Source: the human T2T-CHM13v2.0 reference genome, Homo sapiens. Taken from it: 64,000 nt of DNA. Of this stretch, positions 28,717-45,100 are shown in pieces. Below the pieces are notes generated by a model. The model was given only the letters and a program-made list of their open reading frames with translations. It made no database searches and was not told the origin of the DNA. Made by a program: the position numbers and the translations under genes. Where the stretch lies: assembly GCF_009914755.1 (NCBI RefSeq), contig NC_060940.1; one strand, 5' to 3'. The first letter of the stretch is position 1. Every line of letters begins with the position of its first letter.

Positions 28717-31700
28717 CATGATGATTCTATTTGATTCAATTAGATGATGTTTCCATTCGAATCCATTCCATGATTATTCCATTGGAATCCATTCGGCGAT
28801 GATTCCATATGAGTCAATTCAATGATGATTCCATATGGGTCCGTTCGATGATAATTCCATTTGATTTCATTCGATGCTTCTATTCTATTCCAGTCGATGA
28901 TGATTCCGTTGGAGTCCATACGATGATTCCATTTGATTTCATTTGATGATGATTCCATTCGATGATGATTACATTGGATTCCATTCTATGATTCCATTCA
29001 ATTCCATTCGTTGATGATTCGATTCCATTCAATGATGATTCCATTTGAGTTCATTCGATGATTCTATTCGATTCCGTTCGATGGTGATTCAATTCTATTA
29101 TATTGGATGATTCCACTCGATTCCATTTGATGATTATTCCATTGGAGTCCACTTAGTGAATCCTTTAGATTCTACTCGACGATGATTCCATTCGAGTCCA
29201 TTCGATGATACCATTCAATTCCATTCGTTGATGCTTCCATTCAAGTGCATTCGATGATATCATTCGATTCCATTTGATGATAATTCCATTTGATTCCATG
29301 CGATGATTCTATTCGATTCCATTCAATGATAATTCCATTCAATTCAGTGATTCCTCTGGACTCCATTTGATGATGATTCCATTCAATGATTCCATTCGAT
29401 TCTATTCGAAAATGATTCCATTTGAATCCATTTGATGATGATTCCATTAGATTCCATTTGATGATTCCATTCGATTCCATTCGACGATGATTCCATTCGA
29501 TTCCGTTTGATGATTCCATTCTATTCTATTCGATGATGATTCCATTCGATTCCATTCGATGATGATTGGATTCGATTCCATTGGATGATTTCATTTGATT
29601 CCATTCGTTAATGATTTCGATCAATTCCATTCGATGATTCCATTCGATTCCATTCGATAATGATTACATCCGAGTCCATTCGATGATTCCCTTTGAGCCT
29701 GTTCGATAATTCCATTTGAGTCCAACCAATGATTCCATTCATTTCCATTCAATGATTCCATTCGAGTCCATTTGATCATTCCGGTAGGGTCCATTCGATG
29801 TTGATTCCATTGGAGTGCATTCGATGATTCCATTCGAGTCCATTTTAGGATTTGATTCGAGTCCTTTCGATGATTCCATTCGATTCCACTCGATGATGAT
29901 TTCATTCGAGTCCATTCGACACTTCCAATCGATTCCATTTGATGATTCCATTCGAGTCCAATTGATGATTCCATTCAATTCCATTCGAAGATGATTCCGT
30001 ACGATTCCATTCTGTGATGATTCCTTGTGATTGCATTCAATGATGATTCCTTTCGATTGCATTCGATTATGATTCATTTCGTGTTCATTCTATGGTTCCA
30101 CAGGTTTCCATTCGTGTCCATTCCATTATTCCATTCTATTCCATTTGATGATGATTCCATTCGATTCCATTCATTGGTGATTCCACTCAATTCCATTCAA
30201 TGATTCCATTCCATTTCTTTCAACAATGATTCCATTAGTTTCTAATCGATGATCCACTTGATTCCATTTGACGACGATTCCATTCTTGTCCATTCGATGA
30301 TTCCATTTGATTCCATATGATGATGATTCCATTCGATTCCATACCATGATGATTCCATTCGAGTCCATTCAATGGTGATTCCATTCAATTCCATTCGATG
30401 ATTCCTTTTGATTCCATTCGATGATGATGGCATTCGATTCCTTTCAATCATTCCCTTTGATTCCATTCAAAGGTGATTTCATTCAAGTCCATTCGATAAT
30501 TGCATTCGATTCCATTCTATGATGATTCCATTCGAGTCCATTTGATGATTCCATTCAATTCAAGTCAATGATGATTCCATTCGATTCCATTCGATGATTC
30601 CATTGGATTCCATTCGATGATGATTCCATTCAAATCCATTCGATAATTCAATTCAAGTCCATTCGATGATGATTCCAATCGAATCCATTCAAAGATTCCA
30701 TTCAGTTCCATTCGATGATTCCCTTAGATTCCATTCGATGATTCCACTTGATTGCATTTACGATGATTCCATTCGATTCCATGTGATGATTCCATTCAAT
30801 TCTATTCAATGATGTCTCCATTTGATTCCATTCGACCATGATTGCCTTTGATTCCATTCAATGATTCCATTCGGTTCCGTTTGATGATGATTCCGTTCGA
30901 TTCCATTTGATGATTCCATTTGATTCCATTGGATGAGTCCATTCGATTACATTCGATGATTATTCCATTCGAGTGCATTAGATGATTCCATTCGAGTCCA
31001 TTCGATGATTCCATTCGATTCCATTCGATGTTGATTCTGTTCAAATCCATTCGATGATTCCACTCGATTCCATTCGTTGACTCCATTTGATCCCATTCGA
31101 TGATTTCCTTTGATTCCCTTTGATGATCATTCCATTTGATTCAATTCGGTGATTTCATTTGATTCCATTCAGTGATGTTTCCATTCGACTCCATTCGATG
31201 ATGATTCCATTCGACTCCATTCGATTATGATTTCATTCAATTCCATTCGATAATGATTCCCTTCGAGTCCATTCGATGATTCCATTCGATTCCATTCAAC
31301 GATGATTTGATTCGTGTCCATTCGATGATTCCATTTGATTCCACTTGATGATGATTCCATTCGAGTCCATTTGATGATTCCATTCAATTCCATACTCCGA
31401 TGATTTCTTTTGAGCCCACTCAATGCTTCCACTCGATTCCATATGATGATGACTCCATTCGATGAAATTCGATGATGATTCCATTCGCTTGCTTTCGATG
31501 ATGATTCCACTTGAGTCCGTTAGAAGATTCTATTCAATTACATTCCATGACGATTCCGTTCGAGTCCATTTGATGATTCCATTAGACTCCATTCGACGAT
31601 GATTCCATTCGATGTTATTCGATGATTCCATTCGATCTCATTCGATGATGATTCCATTCAACTCCATTCGATGTTTCCATTCGAGTTCATTCTATTATTC

Positions 31701-33017
31701 CATTAGATTCAATTCGATGATGATTCCATTCGATTCCATTTGATGATTGCATTCTATTTCATTTGATGATGATTCCATTCGAGTCCACTCGATGATTCCA
31801 TTCGAGTCCATTTAATGAATCCATTGGTTTCAATTCTATGATGATTACATTGGATTCCATTCGTTGATGATTTCATTCGGTTCCATTCAATGATGATTCC
31901 ATTCAATTCCTTTCAATGTTTCCATTCAATTCCATACGATGATGATTCCATTTGATTTGATTCAACAGTGAGCCATTCGATTCAATTCCATGATGATCCT
32001 ATTTGATTCAATTGGTGGACATTTCCATTCGATTCCATTCGATGATGATTCCCTTTGATTCCATTCAAAGATGATTCCATTCTAGCCCATTCAATCATTC
32101 CATTCGATTCTATTCAATGATGATTCCATTCATGTCGATTTGGTGATTCCATTTGACTTCATTTGATGATGATTCCTTTCAAGTTCATTAGATGATTCCA
32201 TTCGATTCCATTTGATGATGATCCCATTCGAGTCCATTCAGTGATTCCACTCGTTTCCATTCCATGATGATTCCATTCCATTCCATTCAATGATTCCATT
32301 CGATTCCGTTGGATGATGATTCCATTCGAGTCCATTCGATGATTCTATTCGAATCCATTTGATGATTTCTTTTGATTATAGTTGGTGATAATTCCATTGG
32401 AGTCCATTCAATGATTCCATTCGATTCCAATCGATGGTGATTCCATTAGAGTCCATTTAATGATTCCATTTGATTCCAGTCTCTGATGATTACATTCGAG
32501 TCCATACGATGATTCCACTCAATTCCATATGATGATGATTCCATTCTATTCCATTCGATGATTCCATTCTATTCTATTCGATAATGATTCCATTCGAGTC
32601 CATTCGATGATTCCATTCGAGTCCATTTAATGATTCCATTGGGTTCAATTCAATGATGATTACATTGGATTCCGTTCTATGATTCCATTCAATTCCGTTC
32701 ATTGACAATTTGATTCCATTCGATGATGATTCCATTTGAGTTCATTCGATGATTCTATTCGATTCTCTTCGATGGTGATTCAATTCTATTATATTGGATG
32801 ATTCCATTCGATTCCATTTGATGTTGATTCAATTCGATTCTATTCGATGATGATTCCATTGGATTTCACTTGATGATTCTATTCGATTCCATTCAATGAT
32901 GATTCACTTCTCGTCCATTGGATGATTCCATTTCATTCCATTCGATGATGATTCCATTCGATTCCATTCGATGATTCCATTTGATTCCATGCGACGGTGA
33001 GCAATTCGATTCAATTC
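28717..33017 (+). repeat. Short variant unit 6 (4301 bp; same 1762-bp loss plus a 49-bp deletion near 32320)
   Basis: Landmark recurs at 28717 and 33018. The junction sequence at about 32546-32610 is the same as in unit 5. Confidence 0.94.
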
Positions 33018-36000
33018 CATGATGATTCTATTTGATTCAATTAGATGATGTTTCCATTCGAATCCATTCCATGATTATTCCATTGGAATCCATTCGGCGA
33101 TGATTCCATATGAGTCAATTCAATGATGATTCCATATGGGTCCGTTCGATGATAATTCCACTTGATTTCATTCGATGCTTCTATTCTATTCCAGTCAATG
33201 ATGATTCCGTTGGAGTCCATACGATGATTCCATTTGATTTCATTTGATGATGATTCCATTCGATGATGATTACATTGGATTCCATTCTATGATTCCATTC
33301 AATTCCATTCGTTGATGATTCGATTCCATTCAATGATGATTCCTTTTGAGTTCATTCGATGATTCTATTCGATTCCGTTCGATGGTGATTCAATTCTATT
33401 ATATTGGATGATTCCACTCGATTCCATTTGATGATTATTCCATTGGAGTCCACTTAGTGAATCCTTTAGATTCTACTCGACGATGATTCCATTCGAGTCC
33501 ATTCGATGATACCATTCAACTCCATTCGTTGATGCTTCCATTCAAGTGCATTCGATGATATCATTCGATTCCATTTGATGATAATTCCATTTGATTCCAT
33601 GCGATGATTCTATTCGATTCCATTCAATGATAATTCCATTCAATTCAGTGATTCCTCTGGACTCCATTTGATGATGATTCCATTCAATGATTCCATTCGA
33701 TTCTATTCGAAAATGATTCCATTTGAATCCATTTGATGATGATTCCATTAGATTCCATTTGATGATTCCATTCGATTCCATTCGACGATGATTCCATTCG
33801 ATTCCGTTTGATGATTCCATTCTATTCTATTCGATGATGATTCCATTCGATTCCATTCGATGATGATTGGATTCGATTCCATTTGATGATTTCATTTGAT
33901 TCCATTCGTTAATGATTTCGATCAATTCCATTCGATGATTCCATTCGATTCCATTCGATAATGATTACATCCGAGTCCATTCGATGATTCCCTTTGAGCC
34001 TGTTCGATAATTCCATTTGAGTCCAACCAATGATTCCATTCATTTCCATTCAATGATTCCATTCGAGTCCATTTGATCATTCCGGTAGGGTCCATTCGAT
34101 GTTGATTCCATTGGAGTGCATTCGATGATTCCATTCGAGTCCATTTTAGGATTTGATTCGAGTCCTTTCGATGATTCCATTCGATTCCACTCGATGATGA
34201 TTTCATTCGAGTCCATTCGACACTTCCAATCGATTCCATTTGATGATTCCATTCGAGTCCAATTGATGATTCCATTCAATTCCATTCGATGATGATTCCG
34301 TACGATTCCATTCTGTGATGATTCCATGTGATTGCATTCAATGATGATTCCTTTCGATTGCATTCGATTATGATTCATTTCGTGTTCATTCTATGGTTCC
34401 ACAGGTTTCCATTCGTGTCCATTCCATTATTCCATTCTATTCCATTTGATGATGATTCCATTCGATTCCATTCATTGGTGATTCCACTCAATTCCATTCA
34501 ATGATTCCATTCCATTTCTTTCAACAATGATTCCATTACTTTCTAATCGATGATCCACTTGATTCCATTTGACGACGATTCCATTCTTGTCCATTCGATG
34601 ATTCCATTTGATTCCATATGATGATGATTCCATTCGATTCCATACCATGATGATTCCATTCGAGTCCATTCAATGGTGATTCCATTCAATTCCATTCGAT
34701 GATTCCTTTCGATTCCGTTCGATGATGATGGCATTCGATTCCTTTCAATCATTCCCTTTGATTCCATTCCAAGGTGATTTCATTCAAGTCCATTCGATAA
34801 TTGCATTCGATTCCATTCTATGATGATTCCATTCGAGTCCATTTGATGATTCCATTCAATTCAAGTCAATGATGATTCCATTCGATTCCATTCGATGATT
34901 CCATTGGATTCCATTCGATGATGATTCCATTCAAATCCATTCGATAATTCAATTCAAGTCCATTCGATGATGATTCCAATCGAATCCATTCAAAGATTCC
35001 ATTCAGTTCCATTCGATGATTCCCTTAGATTCCATTCGATGATTCCACTTGATTGCATTTACGATGATTCCATTCGATTCCATGTGATGATTCCATTCAA
35101 TTCTATTCAATGATGTCTCCATTTGATTCCATTCGACCATGATTGCCTTTGATTCCATTCAATGATTCCATTCGGTTCCGTTTGATGATGATTCCGTTCG
35201 ATTCCATTTGATGATTCCATTTGATTCCATTGGATGAGTCCATTCGATTACATTCGATGATTATTCCATTCGAGTGCATTAGATGATTCCATTCGAGTCC
35301 ATTCGATGATTCCATTCGATTCCATTCGATGTTGATTCTGTTCAAATCCATTCGATGATTCCACTCGATTCCATTCGTTGACTCCATTTGATCCCATTCG
35401 ATGATTTCCTTTGATTCCCTTTGATGATCATTCCATTTGATTCAATTCGGTGATTTCATTTGATTCCATTCAGTGATGTTTCCATTCGACTCCATTCGAT
35501 GATGATTCCATTCGACTCCATTCGATTATGATTTCATTCAATTCCATTCGATAATGATTCCCTTCGAGTCCATTCGATGATTCCATTCGATTCCATTCAA
35601 CAATGATTTGATTCGTGTCCATTCGATGATTCCATTTGATTCCACATGATGATGATTCCATTCGAGTCCATTTGATGATTCCATTCAATTCCATACTCCG
35701 ATGATTTCTTTTGAGCCCACTCAATGCTTCCACTCGATTCCATATGATGATGACTCCATTCGATGAAATTCGATGATGATTCCATTCGCTTGCTTTCGAT
35801 GATGATTCCACTTGAGTCCGTTAGAAGATTCTATTCAATTACATTCCATGACGATTCCGTTCGAGTCCATTTGATGATTCCATTAGACTCCATTCGACGA
35901 TGATTCCATTCGATGTTATTCGATGATTCCATTCGATCTCATTCGATGATGATTCCATTCAACTCCATTCGATGTTTCCATTCGAGTTCATTCTATTATT

Positions 36001-39000
36001 CCATTAGATTCCATTCGATGATGATTCCATTCGATTCCATTTGATGATTGCATTCTATTTCATTTGATGATGATTCCATTCGAGTCCACTCGATGATTCC
36101 ATTCGAGTCCATTTAATGAATCCATTGGTTTCAATTCTATGATGATTTCATTCGGTTCCATTCAATGATGATTCCATTCAATTCCTTTCAATGTTTCCAT
36201 TCAATTCCATACGATGATGATTCCATTTGATTTGATTCGACAGTGAGCCATTCGATTCAATTCCATGATGATTCTATTTGATTCAATTGGTTGACATTTC
36301 CATTCGATTCCATTCGATGATGATTCCCTTTGATTCCGTTCCAAGATGATTCCATTCTAGCCCATTCAATCATTCCATTCGATTCTATTCAATGATGATT
36401 CCATTCATGTCGATTTGGTGATTCCATTTGACTTCATTTGATGATGATTCCTTTCAAGTTCATTAGATGATTCCATTCGATTCCATTTGATGATGATCCC
36501 ATTCGAGTCCATTCAGTGATTCCATTCGTTTCCATTCCATGATGATTCCATTCCTTTCCATTCAATGATTCCATTCGATTCCGTTTGATGATGATTTCAT
36601 TCGAGTCCATTTGATGATTCCATTTGATTCCATTCGATGATGATTCCATTCGAGTCCATTCGATGATTCTATTCGAATCCATTTGATGATTTCTTTTGAT
36701 TATATTTGGTGATGATTCCATTGGAGTCCATTCAATGATTCCATTCTATTCCAATCGATGATGATTCCATTAGAGTCCATTTAATGATTCCATTTGATTC
36801 CAGTCTCTGATGATTACATTCGAGTCCATACGATGATTCCACTCAATTCCATATGACGATGATTCCATTTGATTCCATTCGGTGATTCCATTCTATTCTA
36901 TTCAATGGTGATTCCATTCGAGTACATTAGATGATTCCATTCGTTTCCATTCAATGATGATTCTATTTGTGTCCCTTAGATGATTCCACATGATTCCATT
37001 AGATGATGATACTATTTGAGCCCATCCAATGATTCCCTTCGATTCCATTCGATGAGGATTCCATTCGATTCAATTCATTGGTGATTCTATTCAATTCAAT
37101 TCTTTGATTCCATTCCATTCCATTCGACAATGATTCCATTCGATTTCTTTCGATGATTCCACTCGATTCCACTTGACATTGATTCCATTCGATTCCATTC
37201 GTTGATTCCATTTGATTCCAGTGGGTGATGATTGCCATCGATTCCATTCGATCACTCCATTCTATTCCATTTGATGATGATTACATTCGATTCCATTTGA
37301 TGATTCCATCTGATTCTATTCGAGGATTCCATTTGATTCCATTCGATGATGATTCCATTCGAGTCCATTCGATGATTTCATTCGAGTACATCCAATGATT
37401 CCATTCGAGTCCATTAGATGATTCCATTTGATTCCATTTGAAAATGATTCTACTAGAGTCCATTCAATGACTCCATTCGAGTCCATTCAACAATTCCATT
37501 CGACTCCATTCGATGATTCCATTCGATTCCATTTGATGGTTCCATTCGAGTCCATTTAATCATTACAGTCGAGTCCATTTGGTGATTCCACTGGATTTCT
37601 TTTGATAATGATACCATTCAATTGCATTTGATGATGATCCCATTCAATTTCATTTGATGATGATTCCATTAGAGTCCATTCGATGATTTCATTCGAGTCC
37701 CTTCATTGATTCCATCCGATTTCATTGGATGATGACTCCATTCGAGTCCATTCGATGTTTCCACTCGATTCCATTAGATGACTCCATTGGAGTCCATTTG
37801 ATTGTTCCATTCGATTCCATTCGATTCCTTTCAAAGATTATTCCATTTGAGTCCATTCGATGATGATTCCATTCCATTCCATTCGATGATTCCGTTTGAT
37901 TCCATTCGATGATTCCCTTCGATTCCTTTCTTTGATGATTCCATTCCATTCCATTCAATGATTCCATTCGAATCTATTCCATGATGATTCCTTTCGATTC
38001 CATTCGCTGATGTTTCCGTTCAATTCCATTCGATGATGATTCCATTCGATTCCATTCATTGAGGATTCCATTTGATTCCATTCAATGATGATTCCATTCT
38101 ATTCCATTCAATGATTGCATTCAATTCCATTCAATGATTATCCCATTAGAGTAAACTCAACGATTCCATTCAATACCATTCGATGATGATTCCTTTTGAG
38201 TCCATTCAATGATTTCATTCAAGTCCATTTGATGATTCCTTTCAATTCCATTCTATGATGATTCCATTCGAGTCCATTCGATGATTCCATTCGATTGCAT
38301 TCGATGATTCCATTATATTCCATTCAACGGTGATTCCATTCGAGTCCATTCCATGATTCCATTAGAGTACATTTAATGATTGCTTTGTTTTCAATTCGAA
38401 GATGATTACATTGGATTCCATTCTATGATACCATTCGATTCCATTCAATGATGATTCCACTCAAATCCATTGGATGATTCCATTCGTGTCCATTCGGTGA
38501 TTTCATTAGATTCCATTCGAGGATGATTCCATTCGATTCCATTCGATGATTCCATTCAATTCCATTCGATGATGATTCCATTCCAGTCCATATGATCATT
38601 CCATTTGATTTCATTCGATGATGATTCCATTCGATTCGATTCGACGATTCCATTCTATTCCATTCGATGATGATTCCATTCGAGTCCATTCGATCATTCC
38701 ATTCGAGTCCATTTAATGATTCCATTGGGTTCAATTCAATGATGATTACATTGGATTCCGTTCTATGATTCCATTCAATTCCGTTCATTGACAATTTGAT
38801 TCCATTCGATGATGATTCCATTTGAGTTCATTCGATGATTCTATTCGATTCTCTTCGATGGTGATTCAATTCTATTATATTGGATGATTCCATTCGATTC
38901 CATTTGATGTTGATTCAATTCGATTCTATTCGATGATGATTCCATTGGATTTCACTTGATGATTCTATTCGATTCCATTCAATGATGATTCACTTCTCGT

Positions 39001-39103
39001 CCATTGGATGATTCCATTTCATTCCATTCGATGATGATTCCATTCGATTCCATTCGATGATTCCATTTGATTCCATGCGACGGTGAGCAATTCGATTCAA
39101 TTC
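33018..39103 (+). repeat. Higher-order unit 7 (6086 bp; 26-bp deletion near 36146)
   Basis: Landmark recurs at 33018 and 39104. ACATTGGATTCCATTCGTTGATGATT is missing after GGTTTCAATTCTATGATGATT. Confidence 0.94.
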
Positions 39104-42100
39104 CATGATGATTCTATTTGATTCAATTAGATGATGTTTCCATTCGAATCCATTCCATGATTATTCCATTGGAATCCATTTGGCGATGATTCCATATGAG
39201 TCAATTCAATGATGATTCCATATGGGTCCGTTCGATGATAATTCCATTTGATTTCATTCGATGCTTCTATTCTATTCCAGTCGATGATGATTCCGTTGGA
39301 GTCCATACGATGATTCCATTTGATTTCATTTGATGATGATTCCATTCGATGATGATTACATTGGATTCCATTCTATGATTCCATTCAATTCCATTCGTTG
39401 ATGATTCGATTCCATTCAATGATGATTCCATTTGAGTTCATTCGATGATTCTATTCGATTCCGTTCGATGGTGATTCAATTCTATTATATTGGATGATTC
39501 CACTCGATTCCATTTGATGATTATTCCATTGGAGTCCACTTAGTGAATCCTTTAGATTCTACTCGACGATGATTCCATTCGAGTCCATTCGATGATACCA
39601 TTCAATTCAATTCGTTGATGCTTCCATTCAAGTGCATTCGATGATATCATTCGATTCCATTTGATGATAATTCCATTTGATTCCATGCGATGATTCTATT
39701 CGATTCCATTCAATGATAATTCCATTCAATTCAGTGATTCCTCTGGACTCCATTTGATGATGATTCCATTCAATGATTCCATTCGATTCTATTCGAAAAT
39801 GATTCCATTTGAATCCATTTGATGATGATTCCATTAGATTCCATTTGATGATTCCATTCGATTCCATTCGACGATGATTCCATTCGATTCCGTTTGATGA
39901 TTCCATTCTATTCTATTTGATGATGATTCCATTCGATTCCATTCGATGATGATTGGATTCGATTCCATTGGATGATTTCATTTGATTCCATTCGTTAATG
40001 ATTTCGATCAATTCCATTCGATGATTCCATTCGATTCCATTCGATAATGATTACATCCGAGTCCATTCGATGATTCCCTTTGAGCCTGTTCGATAATTCC
40101 ATTTGAGTCCAACCAATGATTCCATTCATTTCCATTCAATGATTCCATTCGAGTCCATTTGATCATTCCGGTAGGGTCCATTCGATGTTGATTCCATTGG
40201 AGTGCATTCGATGATTCCATTCGAGTCCATTTTAGGATTTGATTCGAGTCCTTTCGATGATTCCATTCGATTCCACTCGATGATGATTTCATTCGAGTCC
40301 ATTCGACACTTCCAATCGATTCCATTTGATGATTCCATTCGAGTCCAATTGATGATTCCATTCAATTCCATTCGATGATGATTCCGTACGATTCCATTCT
40401 GTGATGATTCCATGTGATTGCATTCAATGATGATTCCTTTCGATTGCATTCGATTATGATTCATTTCGTGTTCATTCTATGGTTCCACAGGTTTCCATTC
40501 GTGTCCATTCCATTATTCCATTCTATTCCATTTGATGATGATTCCATTCGATTCCATTCATTGGTGATTCCACTCAATTCCATTCAATGATTCCATTCCA
40601 TTTCTTTCAACAATGATTCCATTAGTTTCTAATCGATGATCCACTTGATTCCATTTGACGACGATTCCATTCTTGTCCATTCGATGATTCCATTTGATTC
40701 CATATGATGATGATTCCATTCGATTCCATACCATGATGATTCCATTCGAGTCCATTCAATGGTGATTCCATTCAATTCCATTCGATGATTCCTTTTGATT
40801 CCATTCGATGATGATGGCATTCGATTCCTTTCAATCATTCCCTTTGATTCCATTCAAAGGTGATTTCATTCAAGTCCATTCGATAATTGCATTCGATTCC
40901 ATTCTATGATGATTCCATTCGAGTCCATTTGATGATTCCATTCAATTCAAGTCAATGATGATTCCATTCGATTCCATTCGATGATTCCATTGGATTCCAT
41001 TCGATGATGATTCCATTCAAATCCATTCGATAATTCAATTCAAGTCCATTCGATGATGATTCCAATCGAATCCATTCAAAGATTCCATTCAGTTCCATTC
41101 GATGATTCCCTTAGATTCCATTCGATGATTCCACTTGATTGCATTTACGATGATTCCATTCGATTCCATGTGATGATTCCATTCAATTCTATTCAATGAT
41201 GTCTCCATTTGATTCCATTCGACCATGATTGCCTTTGATTCCATTCAATGATTCCATTCGGTTCCGTTTGATGATGATTCCGTTCGATTCCATTTGATGA
41301 TTCCATTGGATTCCATTGGATGAGTCCATTCGATTACATTCGATGATTATTCCATTCGAGTGCATTAGATGATTCCATTCGAGTCCATTCGATGATTCCA
41401 TTCGATTCCATTCGATGTTGATTCTGTTCAAATCCATTCGATGATTCCACTCGATTCCATTCGTTGACTCCATTTGATCCCATTCGATGATTTCCTTTGA
41501 TTCCCTTTGATGATCATTCCATTTGATTCAATTCGGTGATTTCATTTGATTCCATTCAGTGATGTTTCCATTCGACTCCATTCGATGATGATTCCATTCG
41601 ACTCCATTCGATTATGATTTCATTCAATTCCATTCGATAATGATTCCCTTCGAGTCCATTCGATGATTCCATTCGATTCCATTCAACGATGATTTGATTC
41701 GTGTCCATTCGATGATTCCATTTGATTCCACTTGATGATGATTCCATTCGAGTCCATTTGATGATTCCATTCAATTCCATACTCCGATGATTTCTTTTGA
41801 GCCCACTCAATGCTTCCACTCGATTCCATATGATGATGACTCCATTCGATGAAATTCGATGATGATTCCATTCGCTTGCTTTCGATGATGATTCCACTTG
41901 AGTCCGTTAGAAGATTCTATTCAATTACATTCCATGACGATTCCGTTCGAGTCCATTTGATGATTCCATTAGACTCCATTCGACGATGATTCCATTCGAT
42001 GTTATTCGATGATTCCATTCGATCTCATTCGATGATGATTCCATTCAACTCCATTCGATGTTTCCATTCGAGTTCATTCTATTATTCCATTAGATTCCAT

Positions 42101-45100
42101 TCGATGATGATTCCATTCGATTCCATTTGATGATTGCATTCTATTTCATTTGATGATGATTCCATTCGAGTCCACTCGATGATTCCATTCGAGTCCATTT
42201 AATGAATCCATTGGTTTCAATTCTATGATGATTTCATTCGGTTCCATTCAATGATGATTCCATTCAATTCCTTTCAATGTTTCCATTCAATTCCATACGA
42301 TGATGATTCCATTTGATTTGATTCGACAGTGAGCCATTCGATTCAATTCCATGATGATTCTATTTGATTCAATTGGTTGACATTTCCATTCGATTCCATT
42401 CGATGATGATTCCCTTTGATTCCGTTCCAAGATGATTCCATTCTAGCCCATTCAATCATTCCATTCGATTCTATTCAATGATGATTCCATTCATGTCGAT
42501 TTGGTGATTCCATTTGACTTCATTTGATGATGATTCCTTTCAAGTTCATTAGATGATTCCATTCGATTCCATTTGATGATGATCCCATTCGAGTCCATTC
42601 AGTGATTCCATTCGTTTCCATTCCATGATGATTCCATTCCTTTCCATTCAATGATTCCATTCGATTCCGTTTGATGATGATTTCATTCGAGTCCATTTGA
42701 TGATTCCATTTGATTCCATTCGATGATGATTCCATTCGAGTCCATTCGATGATTCTATTCGAATCCATTTGATGATTTCTTTTGATTATATTTGGTGATG
42801 ATTCCATTGGAGTCCATTCAATGATTCCATTCTATTCCAATCGATGATGATTCCATTAGAGTCCATTTAATGATTCCATTTGATTCCAGTCTCTGATGAT
42901 TACATTCGAGTCCATACGATGATTCCACTCAATTCCATATGACGATGATTCCATTTGATTCCATTCGGTGATTCCATTCTATTCTATTCAATGGTGATTC
43001 CATTCGAGTACATTAGATGATTCCATTCGTTTCCATTCAATGATGATTCTATTTGTGTCCCTTAGATGATTCCACATGATTCCATTAGATGATGATACTA
43101 TTTGAGCCCATCCAATGATTCCCTTCGATTCCATTCGATGAGGATTCCATTCGATTCAATTCATTGGTGATTCTATTCAATTCAATTCTTTGATTCCATT
43201 CCATTCCATTCGACAATGATTCCATTCGATTTCTTTCGATGATTCCACTCGATTCCACTTGACATTGATTCCATTCGATTCCATTCGTTGATTCCATTTG
43301 ATTCCAGTGGGTGATGATTGCCATCGATTCCATTCGATCACTCCATTCTATTCCATTTGATGATGATTACATTCGATTCCATTTGATGATTCCATCTGAT
43401 TCTATTCGAGGATTCCATTTGATTCCATTCGATGATGATTCCATTCGAGTCCATTCGATGATTTCATTCGAGTACATCCAATGATTCCATTCGAGTCCAT
43501 TAGATGATTCCATTTGATTCCATTTGAAAATGATTCTACTAGAGTCCATTCAATGACTCCATTCGAGTCCATTCAACAATTCCATTCGACTCCATTCGAT
43601 GATTCCATTCGATTCCATTTGATGGTTCCATTCGAGTCCATTTAATCATTACAGTCGAGTCCATTTGGTGATTCCACTGGATTTCTTTTGATAATGATAC
43701 CATTCAATTGCATTTGATGATGATCCCATTCAATTTCATTTGATGATGATTCCATTAGAGTCCATTCGATGATTTCATTCGAGTCCCTTCATTGATTCCA
43801 TCCGATTTCATTGGATGATGACTCCATTCGAGTCCATTCGATGTTTCCACTCGATTCCATTAGATGACTCCATTGGAGTCCATTTGATTGTTCCATTCGA
43901 TTCCATTCGATTCCTTTCAAAGATTATTCCATTTGAGTCCATTCGATGATGATTCCATTCCATTCCATTCGATGATTCCGTTTGATTCCATTCGATGATT
44001 CCCTTCGATTCCTTTCTTTGATGATTCCATTCCATTCCATTCAATGATTCCATTCGAATCTATTCCATGATGATTCCTTTCGATTCCATTCGCTGATGTT
44101 TCCGTTCAATTCCATTCGATGATGATTCCATTCGATTCCATTCATTGAGGATTCCATTTGATTCCATTCAATGATGATTCCATTCTATTCCATTCAATGA
44201 TTGCATTCAATTCCATTCAATGATTATCCCATTAGAGTAAACTCAACGATTCCATTCAATACCATTCGATGATGATTCCTTTTGAGTCCATTCAATGATT
44301 TCATTCAAGTCCATTTGATGATTCCTTTCAATTCCATTCTATGATGATTCCATTCGAGTCCATTCGATGATTCCATTCGATTGCATTCGATGATTCCATT
44401 ATATTCCATTCAACGGTGATTCCATTCGAGTCCATTCCATGATTCCATTAGAGTACATTTAATGATTGCTTTGTTTTCAATTCGAAGATGATTACATTGG
44501 ATTCCATTCTATGATACCATTCGATTCCATTCAATGATGATTCCACTCAAATCCATTGGATGATTCCATTCGTGTCCATTCGGTGATTTCATTAGATTCC
44601 ATTCGAGGATGATTCCATTCGATTCCATTCGATGATTCCATTCAATTCCATTCGATGATGATTCCATTCCAGTCCATATGATCATTCCATTTGATTTCAT
44701 TCGATGATGATTCCATTCGATTCGATTCGACGATTCCATTCTATTCCATTCGATGATGATTCCATTCGAGTCCATTCGATCATTCCATTCGAGTCCATTT
44801 AATGATTCCATTGGGTTCAATTCAATGATGATTACATTGGATTCCGTTCTATGATTCCATTCAATTCCGTTCATTGACAATTTGATTCCATTCGATGATG
44901 ATTCCATTTGAGTTCATTCGATGATTCTATTCGATTCTCTTCGATGGTGATTCAATTCTATTATATTGGATGATTCCATTCGATTCCATTTGATGTTGAT
45001 TCAATTCGATTCTATTCGATGATGATTCCATTGGATTTCACTTGATGATTCTATTCGATTCCATTCAATGATGATTCACTTCTCGTCCATTGGATGATTC

